Below, in pieces: positions 38,001-50,000 of a DNA stretch of 64,000 nucleotides. Position 1 is the stretch's first letter, and every line of letters begins with the position of its first letter. Below the pieces are notes generated by a model. The model saw only the letters and a list, made by a program, of their open reading frames with translations. It ran no database searches and was not told where the DNA came from. This DNA is from Leucoraja ocellata (Eukaryota), in the NCBI GenBank assembly GCA_036785375.1, contig JAWMAR010000541.1, forward strand, positions 496,001 through 560,000, given 5' to 3'. A program made the position numbers and the translations under genes.

Positions 38001-41000
38001 TTCATTATCCACAACACCACTTATCTTAGTATCATCTGCATACTTACTAATCCAATTTACCACACCATCATCCAGTGGACCCAACACAGATCCCTGAGGC
38101 ACCCCACTAGTCACTGGCCTCCAACCTGACAAACAGCCATCCACTATTACTCTCTGGCATCTCCCATTCAGCCACTGTTGAATCCATCTTGCTACTCCAC
38201 CGTTAATACCCAACCGTTGAACCTTCTTAACCAACCTTCCATGAGGACCCTTGTCAAAGGCCTTACTAAAGTCCATATAGACAACATCCACTGCTTTACC
38301 CTCATCAATTGGCCGAGTAACCTCTTCAAAAAATTCAAGAAGATTAGTCAAACATGACCTTCCAGGCACAAATCCATGTTGACTGTTCCTAATCAGACCC
38401 TGTTTATCCAGATGCTTACATATATTATCTCTAAGTATCCTTTCCATTAATTTGCCCACCACTGACGTCAAACTAACAGGTCTATAATTGCTAGGTTTAC
38501 TCTTAGAACCCTTTTTAAGCAATGGAACAACCAGCGCAGTACGCCAATCCTCCGGCACTATTCCTGTTTCTAATGACATTTGAAATATTTCTTGTCATAG
38601 CCCCTGCTATTTTACACTAACTTCCCTCAATGTCCTAAGGAATATCCTGTCCGGACCTGGAGACTTATCCACTTTTATATTTTTCAAAAGTGTCAGTACT
38701 TCCTCTTCTTTGAATCTCATAGTTTCCATAGCTACTCTACTTGTTTCCCTTACCTCACATAATTCAATATCCTTCTTCTTGGTGAATACCAAAGAAAATA
38801 AATTGTTCAATATCTCCCCCATCTCTTTTGGCTCTGCAGATAGCTGTCCACTCTGACTCTAATGGACCAATTTTATCCCTCGTTATCCTTTTGCTATTAA
38901 TATAGCTGTAGAAACCCTTTGGATTTACTTTCACCTTACTTGCCAAAGCAACCTCATATCTTCCTTTAGCTTTTCTAATTTATTTCTTAAGATTCTTTTT
39001 ACATTCCTTATACTCCTCAAGCACCTCATTTACTCCATGCTGCCTATAATTATTGTAGATCTCTCTCTTTTTCCAAACCAAGTGTCCAATTTCCCTTGAA
39101 AACCATGGCTCGTTCCAATTTTTACTATTTCCTTTCAACCGAACAAGGACATAAAGATTCTGTACTCTTAAAATTTCACCTTTAAATGTCCTCCATTTCT
39201 CTTCCACATCTTTCCCATAAAACAACTGTCCCAATTTACACCTTTTAAATCCTTTCGCATCTCCTCAAAGTTAGCCTTTCTCCAATCAAAAAATCTCAAC
39301 CCTAGGTCCAGTTCTGACCCTCTCCATAATTATATTGAAACTAATGGTATTGTGATCACTGGACCCGAACTGTTCCCCAACGCATACCTCTGCCACCTGA
39401 CCCGCCTCATTTCCTAACAGGAAGTCCAGCACCGCCCCTTCTCTAGTAGGTACCTCTATGTATTGCTGCAAAAAACTATCCTACACACATTTTACAAACT
39501 CCAAACCATCCAGCCCATTTACAGAATGTGTTTCCCAGTCTATGTGTGGAAAATTGAAGTCTCCCACAATCACTACCTTATGCTTACTACTAATATCTGC
39601 GATCTGCTTACATATTTGCTCTTCCAATTCTCGCTTCCAATTTGGTGGTCTATAATACACCCCTATAAGTGTTGCTATCCCTTTCCCATTTCTCAGTTCC
39701 ACCCAAATAGCCTCCCTAGACGAGCCCTCTAATCTATCCTGCCAAAGCACTGCTGTATATCTTCCCTATCTTTTGCATCCGCTGCTCTAGGTGTCAGCCG
39801 CTCTACATCGATGAAACCAAGCATAGGCTTGGCGATCGTTTCGCCCAACACCGGTTTGTAATAACCAACCTGATCTACCGGTGGCTCAGCACTTCAACTC
39901 CCCCTCCCATTCGAATCCGACCTTTTGTAAGGCACTATATCCCACGTACAAAACATGCTGTCGATCCTTAATTAGGCACAGTCCATCTACATCTTATCCC
40001 TCAGAATCCTCTCCAGTGGATACCTTGCCTACCTCAGACGTTAGCCTCACTGATCTATAGTTCCCAGGCTTTCCTTGCAGCCCTTCTTAAATTGAGGCAC
40101 AACATTAGCCACCTTCCAGTCTTCTGGAACTTCACCCATGTCTAACGATGATTCATAAATCTCAGCCAGGGCTCCTGTAATTTATTCTCCAGCTTTCTGC
40201 AGTGTCCTTGTATGTACCCAGTCAGGCCTGGGAGATTTATCTATCTTCATACGCTTTTGGATGTGTAGCACCTATTGCCATAGTATGCAAGAATGGTTGA
40301 AGATGTAATCAGAAAGTAGTCTCAGCACCTTATTTCTCAGATCATCCAATTTTTGACTGAACCAGCCAGAGGACTTGGCTGTTCACAGAGTTGGTGGTGA
40401 GGCCCATGAAGGCCCTGTATAGGGAATGTATCTGCTCTTTACAGTTGTCTTGTTGCTGTTGGGCCCTGAAAATCAATTCTGTTGTGCCCCTGGCTGGGCA
40501 TAAGCTGCAGTGGAATTGGGGCAGGATTTCTTCAGGCAGTGGGAGGTGTTGGTTGGAGAGAACTATAGCCGATTATCTTTCCAATAGTGAACAGAAGTTA
40601 GATGCCCCTATAGCTTTCACACTCTGTCCTGTGTGGAAGCTATAGGGGCATCTATAGTATAATGACAATCCGGGAATCTAGGAAATCATTGGGTAGAATT
40701 TCATTCTGTCAGATTTTTACCATCAGTGTCCGTATTCTTGTTGTTTCTCTTCTTCAGGATGGCATCTGCTGACTTCCTGTAAGCTTGGAGGATCTTCCAT
40801 ATTCTCCCTCATGGGGCTCTGGGCGATGCATGATACTATGCGATATAGCTTTATTGACCTCAGGAGGGAAATTGATCTACCAACAGTCATTAAACACAAA
40901 ATACATGAAATATGAAATGAATGTGATGAGTGAAAAGGTTTGGGGATGTGCAAAGATTGGGGAGGGAGCGGAAGTCAACCTACCCCACAATAGAATGGGG

Positions 41001-44000
41001 AGGAGTTGTACTGTTTGATAGCCACAGGGAAGACGGATCTCTTGTGGTCTTGTGAGGGGAGGATGCTCCACAGTTTGAGGAGCATCCTCCCCTCCTAGAC
41101 CACCTCCCATGAATCCAACTCTGCCCCAGGATGGTGCCAGCCTTCCTGATGAGTTTGTTAATCCTATTTGCGTCCGTGCCCTGCTGCCCCAGCACACGAC
41201 AGCGAAGAAGTTGGCACTCGCTACCACCGTTTGGTAGAACATTTGCATGTCCTCGTGGAGCCATGTCTCTGTGAAAACACATCACACTGCTCTCACGGTG
41301 TTCCCTCTGGGTCCTCACTAGTGCAGCTAGCTCATCAATCTTGTTAGCCAGCGATCAATGAATTGTGCTGGAAGGCAAGTGTGGATTGTTCCTCCTTTTC
41401 TGCGCACGTTATTTTACTCCCGACCGGCATTCCCTGTATTTTATCCTCTGTTCCGTGGGGATTTCTGATGTAACTCTGGTGAAGTCAGCTGGTCAGGGTG
41501 GTCAAAGCTCCAGCAGTTAATCCCTGGTGTAGACAACAAACAGACCAGCTCCTCGATGTTGCAGTGATTGTTCAGAGATACGCTGAAATAGTATTCCTCA
41601 ACGAGGAGATAAAATGTTTCCCCACCACAACATGGTGAAAAAAAATTGAACTAACTAAAAAACACAAAATAAATAGGAATTAAATAAGTAAAAATGAAGG
41701 AAAAGATGATCGACTGTTGCCTGGCTGCCGTGTGCACAGCGCTGGAAACTGGAAGCAAAAAAAGGTGGATAACCTCCATGTCAACAGTTATTTCCCGGTT
41801 AACCAGCTCTTCAAAGTATTCTCACCATTCATAAATGATTGCTCATTCCCTTCAGAAGAGTTTGTCCATCTTTTGAGCACAGCCGGTTGTGCCCATGCTG
41901 GATGGGGCCATAGGCGGCCTTGGTGGCATTGAAGAGAGCCTGGTGTCACTGAGTCAACAAGATGCTGGATCTCTCGAGATTTTATTGGTCCACCATTTGC
42001 TTTTCAGTTCCCTCATTCAGCACTGGACATTAGCCATGGCTCTGGAATACAGTTCCCTTTTGCCCTGGCATTTGATGTGATTCTGCCAGGAACAAAACTT
42101 TTTCTCGTTCAATGTCAGTGTCATTGTCGTCACGCCAGTCCTGATGTTTTTGGTGTCAATGATGTTGCTGTTGGCATCAAGAATGATTATCTTTACCATA
42201 TCCTAATGTGTCTCAATATCAATGGGATATTGGATAGGTAGATTCTTATTGAGGGCAGCTTGGAAAAGTTGCTGTATCGTAATATTGCGAGACGGGGTGG
42301 GAGAGGGGAGGGTGAGAAGAGGGGAGAGGGGGAGGAGGAAACAGGAGAGATTGGGGAGGTAGAGGAGATTGGGGAGGGGGGGGAGAGTGGGATAGGGGGA
42401 GAGAACGGGGAGGGGAGGAAAGTGGGGAGTGGAGGAGAGCGGGAGGGCAGGAAGGGGGGGAGAGGGGTAGGGGGGTGGGAGAGGGGTAGAGGGGAGTGGT
42501 GGAATAGGGACAGAGGGGTAGGCGGAAGGGAGAGGGGGTGGGGTAAGGGGGAGAGAAGGGGAAGAGGGGGGAGAGGTGCGGGGGTGGTGGAAGACGGACA
42601 GAGGGGTGGGGCGGGGGGAAGAGAGGGAAAGGGTGGGGGAGAGAGATGGAAGGGGGTGGCGGAGAGAGGATGGGTGGGAGTAGGAGGGGGAGGAGAGGAG
42701 AGAGGGGTGGGGGAGGAGAGGGATGGGGAGAGGGAGATGGGGTGGGGGGAAGGGGGATGGGAGGGAGAGGGGTGAGGATGGAGATGGAGCAGGAGGAGAG
42801 GGGGGTGGGGAGGAGGGAGATGAGGGAGGGGAAGAGTGGAGGGAGGAGGATGGGTGTGAGAGGGGAAAGAGTGGGGTGGGAGGGGAGGGCGGTAGAGAAG
42901 TGGAAGAGTGGGGAGGGAGGGGGTGAGGGGTAGAGGGAGTGGTGGAAGAGGGACAGAGGGATAGGGGAAGGGGGTGGGAGGAGGGATGGGGAGGAGAGAG
43001 GAGGGAGGGGTAGGGGGAGTGGTGGAAGAGGGACAGAGGGGAAGGGGGCATGGGGAGAGAGGGAAGGGGGTGGGGTAGAGGGGGAGGTGTGGGGGAGAGG
43101 GGAGAAGGGATATGGGGTTGGGGAGAGGGAGAAGAGTGGAGGGAGGAGGAAGAGTGTGGAGGGAGGAGGAAGAGTGGAGGGGATGAATGGGGGTGGGGAG
43201 AGGGAACGGGGTGTGGGAGAGGGAAGGGGGTGAGCGGAGAGGGAAGGGGTGGAGGAGGAGAGGGAGAGGGGTGAGGAGCGGAGAGCTGGTAGGGGGAGAG
43301 AACAGGGAGAGGGGTAGGCGGTGGGAGAGGGGTAGTGGGGAGTGGTGCAAGAGAGGGGAATGGGTGGGCGGGAGATGGGGGTGAAGAGTAGTGGGGAGAG
43401 GGGGTAGGAGGGAGAGGGGTGAGGAGAGAGGGAGATCTTCTTCGAGTCCGTTGCAATCTCAGATGTCGTTCTGCCAGTATCTGGCGCAGGTCACAGCTGG
43501 TCGGGTCGGGTCGGGTCGGTTCAGCCAGGTCCTGGGGGCTGCACTGGGGGGGCATCGTCACACTCCAGTAGGTGGGACATTGGCTGTACTGCTCCACAGC
43601 TGCATGTGTCTTCTGCCTGGTAGTTCCATGCTTTCATCAGTGCTTTGCACCTCCCCTGCTCCACTCGTAATCTGTTGAGGGTCTTCCAGGTTGGCCATGG
43701 GAGGTCGTGCCCGCTGGCGAGGCATTCAGTCGGAGTGATTCCTCTCTCCATCCAGTCGTGGGCTCGTGTGTTGAGCTGGTTCCATTCATCTTTCCAGATG
43801 TTGGTCCTTGCCGTTTCTTTGGTTGTCTGGAGAGCTGGGACTGTCTGCAAGAAACTGGCTGTAGATTTCAGTCGGGGTGGAAGTGCTGTGTGTCCATGCA
43901 GGGGGTGCCTGGTATCGATCTCCTGTGCTCTCCGCTTGTCTTGGGTGACGATGGATCATCTGATATGGGGGGGGGGGGGGGGGGTATACAAGCTAGGGTG

Positions 44001-47000
44001 TAGAGGCATGGGACTGCCGTTGTCTTTATGCATCCCGTGATAATGCAGCAGGTGTCGTTGAGGGCTGTGTCAACCAGTTGGTGTGGTGGGAGCGGCTCCA
44101 GCTTGAGCACGCGTATTCAGCTGTGGAGAAACACAGGGCTAGGGCAGTTGCACGGATGGTTGGTGGATCAGCGCCCCACTTTGAGTTTACCAGTTTGCGA
44201 GTGTTGACCTTGGCTTTGGTGTTCTGAAGGTGGGTTTTGAAAGAGAGTGTCCTGTCGAGTGTGACTCCGAGGTACACGGGGTGGAGGTGGTTGGAGAGTT
44301 TGTGGCCATCCCATGAGACGCTCAGTTGTTTTCCTGCATCTCGAGATGTTTAAGATGGAAGCTGCATAGTTGGGTTTTTGATGGTTTGGGTTTCAGGTGG
44401 TGGTTATTGTAGTAGGTTGTCATCTCTTGGAGGGCGGGCGTTCTCCAGGACAGACTTGATCTTCTGGAAGTTCTCCTGTTGGGTGATGATGTAGAGGTCA
44501 TCATCATAGATGAGGCGGCAGCATTGTGGGGGAAGTGGTTGGTCGTTGGTGTAAATGTTGAAGAGGAGGGGGGCTAGTACGCTGCCTTGTGGTAGGCCAT
44601 TCACTTGGGTTTTCCATTTGCTCTTCTTGTAGTTTAGTTGAATGAAGAAGAGCCTGTTGTTGAGAAGGCTTTTGATGACTTGGCACAGGTCGAGGTCACC
44701 AATCATGTCAAAACGTTTCCTGATCATGGTGCGGTGCTGGGCAGTGTCGTAGGCAGCGGTGAGGTCTATCAAAGCCGCTCCGGTGATGAGTTTGCACAGG
44801 AGCGGCCAGGGCGTAAGCCAGCTTGATATTTAGTAAGCTTGGAGTCTATAAGTGGCATAAGGCGTTGGAGTAGTTAGCCTCTCGTAGAGCTTGTAGGTGA
44901 TGCAGAGGAGGGAAATGGGACTGTATGGGAGATGGAGGGGGGAGAGGGGTGGGGGAGGTGGAAGAGTGGAGGGAGGGGGAGAGTGGTAGGGGGGAGGGGG
45001 AGGGGTAGGGGAAGAGAGGGAGGGGAGAGAGGGTGGGGGGAGGGAGAGGGGAAGAGTGTGGAGGGGGAAAGGGGTAGGGGGAGATAGGGGAAGAGTGGAG
45101 GGAGGGGGAGAGTGGAAGGGGGGGAGAGAGGGGTGGGGAGGGAGGTGGGGTGGGGGGAGATAAGTGGAAGAATGGGGAGAGGTGTAGGGGGAGTGGTGGA
45201 AGTGGGAGAGAGGGAGGGGGAGGGATGGAAGAGGGAGAGAGGGGGAGGGAGGGAGGGGTGGGGTAGGGAGAAAAGTGGAAGTGGGGTAGGGGAAGTGGTG
45301 GAATAGGGACAGGGGTAGGCAGGAGGGGTGGGTAAGGGGAGAGTGCGGAGGGAGGGTGAGGGGTAGGGGGGTGGTGGAAGAGGGACAGAGGGGTAGGAGC
45401 GGGGGAGAGAGGGAAGTGGGTGGGGGAGAGATGGAAGTGGGTGGGGGGAGAGAGGGATGGGGGTGGGAGCAGGAGGGGAGGAGAGGGAGAGGGGGGAGGA
45501 GAGGGGTGGGGAAGAGGAGGAGAGATGGGAGGGGTGAGGGGAGGAGGGAGATGGGGTAGGGGAGAGAGGGGGAAGAGTTGGGTAGGGGGTGGGGGTTTGA
45601 GGTAAGGGGGGTGGGAGGGAGAGGGAGAGGAGTGAGGAGAGGGGTGGGGGAGGGGGTAGGGGTGGGGGGGAGAGGGAAGGGGTGGGGGAGAGAGGGGATT
45701 GGGGTGGGTAGAGGAGAGGGGTGAGGAGATGGGGAGGAGAGGGGTGGGGGAGGAGAGAGGGAGGGGGAAGAGTGGAGGGGGAGAAGGGTGGATTGAGAGT
45801 GGTGAGGGAGACGGGGAGGGAGGGTGGGAGAGAGGTGGAAGAGTGACATCACACGATGGAACGTTCACCAACATTCTATGGTTGAGAGCTGTTTTATTTT
45901 TTAACTTTTTGAAATTTTTGGGGGAGGATTTTATTAAAAATGTATACTTAAACTTGAAATTTAATGAGGAGTAGATTAGCGAATGTCAAAGTGAAATCTC
46001 TACTGAAATGGAAACAATCTTGGCGTTTCAGCGTGTGGGATTGGCGGACCAAGGAATCAAAGGCCAAAAATTNNNNNNNNNNNNNNNNNNNNNNNNNNNN
46101 NNNNNNNNNNNNNNNNNNNNNNNNNNNNNNNNNNNNNNNNNNNNNNNNNNNNNNNNNNNNNNNNNNNNNNNNNNNNNNNNNNNNNNNNNNNNNNNNNNNN
46201 NNNNNNNNNNNNNNNNNNNNNNNNNNNNNNNNNNNNNNNNNNNNNCGGAGGAGGGGAGTGAGGGGTAGAGGGGAGTGGTGTAAGAGAGGGGAAAGGGGGT
46301 GGGGGGAATGGGGGTGAAGGGTGGGGGAGGGGAGGGGGGGGAAGGAGAGGGGGTGAGAGGGATGGGGAAAGGGGGAGGGAGGGGAAGGAGGGAGGGAGAG
46401 GGGGAAGAGTGTGGAGGAAGGGGGGAGTGGTAGGGGAGGGGTAAGAGTGAGGATGGAGGGGGTGAGGGGTGGGACGGAGAGAGGGACGAGTGGGAGAGGG
46501 ATAGGGGGAGTGGTGGAAGAGGCAGAGATGTGGGGGAGGAGAGGGGTTGGGGGTGGGAAGGGAGAGGGGTGAGGAGCGAGGGGAGAGGGTGAAAGGGAGG
46601 AGAGAGGGTGGGGGAGCGGGAAAGAGGCGGAGGATGAGGAGAGACGGAGGGATGGAGGAGGGAGAGGGGAAGAGCGTGGAGGGAGGGGGAAGAGTAGAGA
46701 GGGAAGGGAGGGGGGAGAGAGGGGTGGGGGAGGGTGGTGGGGAAAGATGTGGAAAATGGGGGAGCGAGGGGGAGTGGGGTGGGAGAGGGGAAGGGGGTAG
46801 AGGAAGTGGTGGAAGAGGGAGAGAGGGGGTAGGGTAGGGAGTGTGGGGAGAGAGGGAGGGGGAGAGAGAGGGTGGGGGAGAGAGGGAGGGGAGAGAGAGG
46901 GTGGGGGAGCGAGTGAGAGGGGGGGGGGAAGGGGAGAGAAGTGGTAGAGTGGGGAGTTCATGTAGTTCTGTGACTTGGGTCACGAAACAGTAGAATAAAG

Positions 47001-50000
47001 CTCCTCGGCCCACAGCCTAGATTGAGGGTTATTTATTGGTTGATGTGGGTTGACGATGATATCACGACCAAAGTTCCTGCCCCAGCCCACACCTCCAGCT
47101 CCAGGTGACCGGTTCACATCACGTCCACTGTCCCCAGGGTTTACTGATGGAACTCACTGCTGGTGAAGACACAGGGCAGGTGCTGGGACACAAATAAACC
47201 AACCATTTATCAGCTTCCACTGTTGGTTGTAAATCTTCAATTGCATTTCTGCTCTGCAGTTAGTTGTGAACTAGTCCTGGTCTCTGCTCCTTACATTCCC
47301 CACCCATACTCATTGCATTCTGGTTTCAGTGTCCAGTCACCTTGGTTAACCTGTTCTCCCCTGTCTGCCCACAGTGCCCCCTCAGACTGCCATGTACCCC
47401 GAGGATCCCGTGGAGTGGGGTGAGTCCAACACCTTGATCTGTCTGGCTGACGGATTCTATCCTCCGCGCATCAACATGAAGTGGAAACGGAACAATGAGC
47501 CTGTGACTGAGGGAATCGACACCACGGAATATTACGTGAAGAGAGATTACACCTTCCAGAGGTTCACCTACCTGAACTTCATCCCGAGCCCGGGAGACAT
47601 GTACTCCTGCCACGTGGAGCACGAGGGTCTGGAGAGGCCCACCACTGTCTTCTGGGGTCAGTATGGACCAGGTTAACGGGGCTGATCTCTATGCGGGGTT
47701 GGGACTGGTTGGTGGTAGGTTCCACATTCACCTGATCCAATAGCAAGGCCTCAGCTTTCTGTTCCAGCTACAAGTAGGTGGAGTGCTGGGTACCACCGTG
47801 TACCATGGGGTTCAAGACCAGTGAATGTGTCCTGCTCGTGGAGTGAGTGTTGCTGGTGCTGTCTAACCAGGGTGGGCGATTGTAAAACCAGTCTAGACGC
47901 TGACAAATGGCAAATAGAGCTGTCATTGTCCATGTTGTCCACATAGTGATGAGGAGAGCACTGTGTCCCTGCCATGATTGGATTCCCAGTCAGTAATGAA
48001 ACAGGCTTGGTTGTCAGAAACCACAGATGAGGACGAGGCTTACATTCCCGGCCACATCCTGGGCAATGTTCAGGACCTATTCTGACTGCATATTGTGGAT
48101 GTTCTGATTAGATTGTTCCCCAGGCAGTTGTCCATCTTGAGTGTCTCCAGACCATTTCAGTCCTGGGATTTTAGTGTACTCTGACAGAGTGCCACAATAA
48201 TGAATCTTTCCTGCTGGAGAGTTACTCCGAGCTGCTGCAAATTGGGACACTGCATCTAACACAGTAAAGTCTTCACTGGTAATGCACATTCATTGATTGA
48301 GCCAAACCAGTGAGTTTACATCATCGATACTCTTTCTCCTTACAACTAAAGGGCGATCGCACTCTCCAATTAGTCTGTTAACTAATCTCACCCCAGATTC
48401 TATCCCTCACCCACACATTGGGTCAATTTACAGCAGCCACTAAACCTGCCAACCCACATGTTTCTGAGATGTTCGGGGAAACTGCAGCACCCAGTGAATA
48501 CCCGCACAGTCACAGGGAGAAAGTATAAACTCCACACATACAACGTTATGATTGAACCCAGGTTCTTGATGTTGTGAGGCTGTGGCCTTACCCACTGCAC
48601 CACTTTGTCACCCAAAGTTAATCCCGTTTGTTTATCAGTGGAAAATATTGCTTCTATTGGCTTTGACAGCCTTTCATTGTGCAACAGAGAATGGGCAGCT
48701 AAAGACAAAATGAGAATTAAGGACTAAACAGAAATGAACAGGGAGAAATTCTGTCTTCTCACCTCTTCTTTTGCTGCCAATTCTCTCTGATGTACAATGA
48801 AAATGTTGCTTGCACCAGACTCATAAGATATGTGTTCTTTCACATGGGTATAAACTGGAAGGCATAGACATATATGACAAACAAATCAAATTATATATAA
48901 AAATAAATTATACATAAATGACACTCAAAATTAAGCAAGGCTGCGCAAAAAAACAAGATAGTGCAAAACACAATTGTAGTCTGTCTCGTCGCTCTTTGTC
49001 TCTCAGCCATTCCCCATCTCCATCTATTACTCCTGCCTCACTCATACTTGTCTGTTTTTCCTTTTCTCTCTGCTCCCCAGCTCCGTCTCTCGCCTTCTTT
49101 CACTCATCCTCTCTCTCGTTCCTTCTCTCAACCCCTTTCCTTCTCTGCACAATTTACTGTTGTCCTCATAACACCACACCTGTAGAGTCAGCAAAGATCC
49201 TCTTCCTTGCCTGTTCTTTCCCCGTCTTTAAAATGCATTGCCTACATTTTGAGTAAGTAACACACAGAAACCTGATTCAAACATAATGGGATTAGAAACA
49301 ACATGAAGAAACCATTACATCAAAGGGAGAAAACAGAGGGATCTGGTGAGTGGAAAAGAAAAATACAGGCAACCTGGAAATCTGAAATACTGGATTCAGT
49401 CAACAGGAGATAGAGGGACAGATATAAAGGCATTTTCCAGAGCTATATGTTAAAATGGTGTAATGATACTAGGAGATTTCATACTTGGGAAGTTAAAGGA
49501 CACCATTTTTGAGGTTTGTCCAGGAGAGTTTTTTGACATAGTATATAGTAGACCAATGATGGAAGGAGCAGCACTGGATCTCGGGGAATGTAACCAGTCA
49601 AGTGGAGGAGCATTTTGGAGATAGTGATGGGAACTAATGACACAGAGCCTGTCAAGAGTATAAAGAGTGTCAGGAGGAGCGTGAAACAGAAATTGGAAAG
49701 GAAAAGAGGGGTCATGAGAAAACACTGGCTGACAGGACTAAGTTAAGCAGGAAAGTCTATTACCATATAACCATATACCAATTACAGCACGGAAACAGGC
49801 CAACTCGGCCCTTCTAGTCCGTGCCGAACACTTATTCTCCCCTAGTCCCTATCCATTCCTTTCCCGTCCATATAACTATCCAATTTATTTTTAAATGATA
49901 AAATCGAACCTGCCTCCACCACATCCACTGGAAGCTCATTCCACACAGCTACCACTCTCTGAGTGAAGAAGTTCCCCCTCATGTTACCCCTAAACTTCTG

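Larger units (their letters stand above)
42295..46957 (+). repeat. Multi-kb purine (G/A)-rich low-complexity tract
   Basis: G-run-rich blocks at 42295-43433, 44926-45843 and 46246-46957, with recurring GGGGAGTGGTGGAAGAGGG and GGGGAAGAGTGGAGGG motifs. Confidence 0.95.

Noticed and set aside
42193-47013. Pro-rich (-) and Gly/Glu/Arg-rich (+) ORFs
   Set aside because: Same low-complexity artefact on the G/A tract, and some of them run through the N gap.
47375-47656. W-category (WA) chain, beta2-microglobulin or DM alpha as the identity of the gene
   Set aside because: The Ig exon has Tyr (KRDYTF) where beta2m and WA chains have the diagnostic Trp, alpha1 lacks the DM-type cysteines, and alpha1, TM and tail match ordinary shark-type class II alpha.
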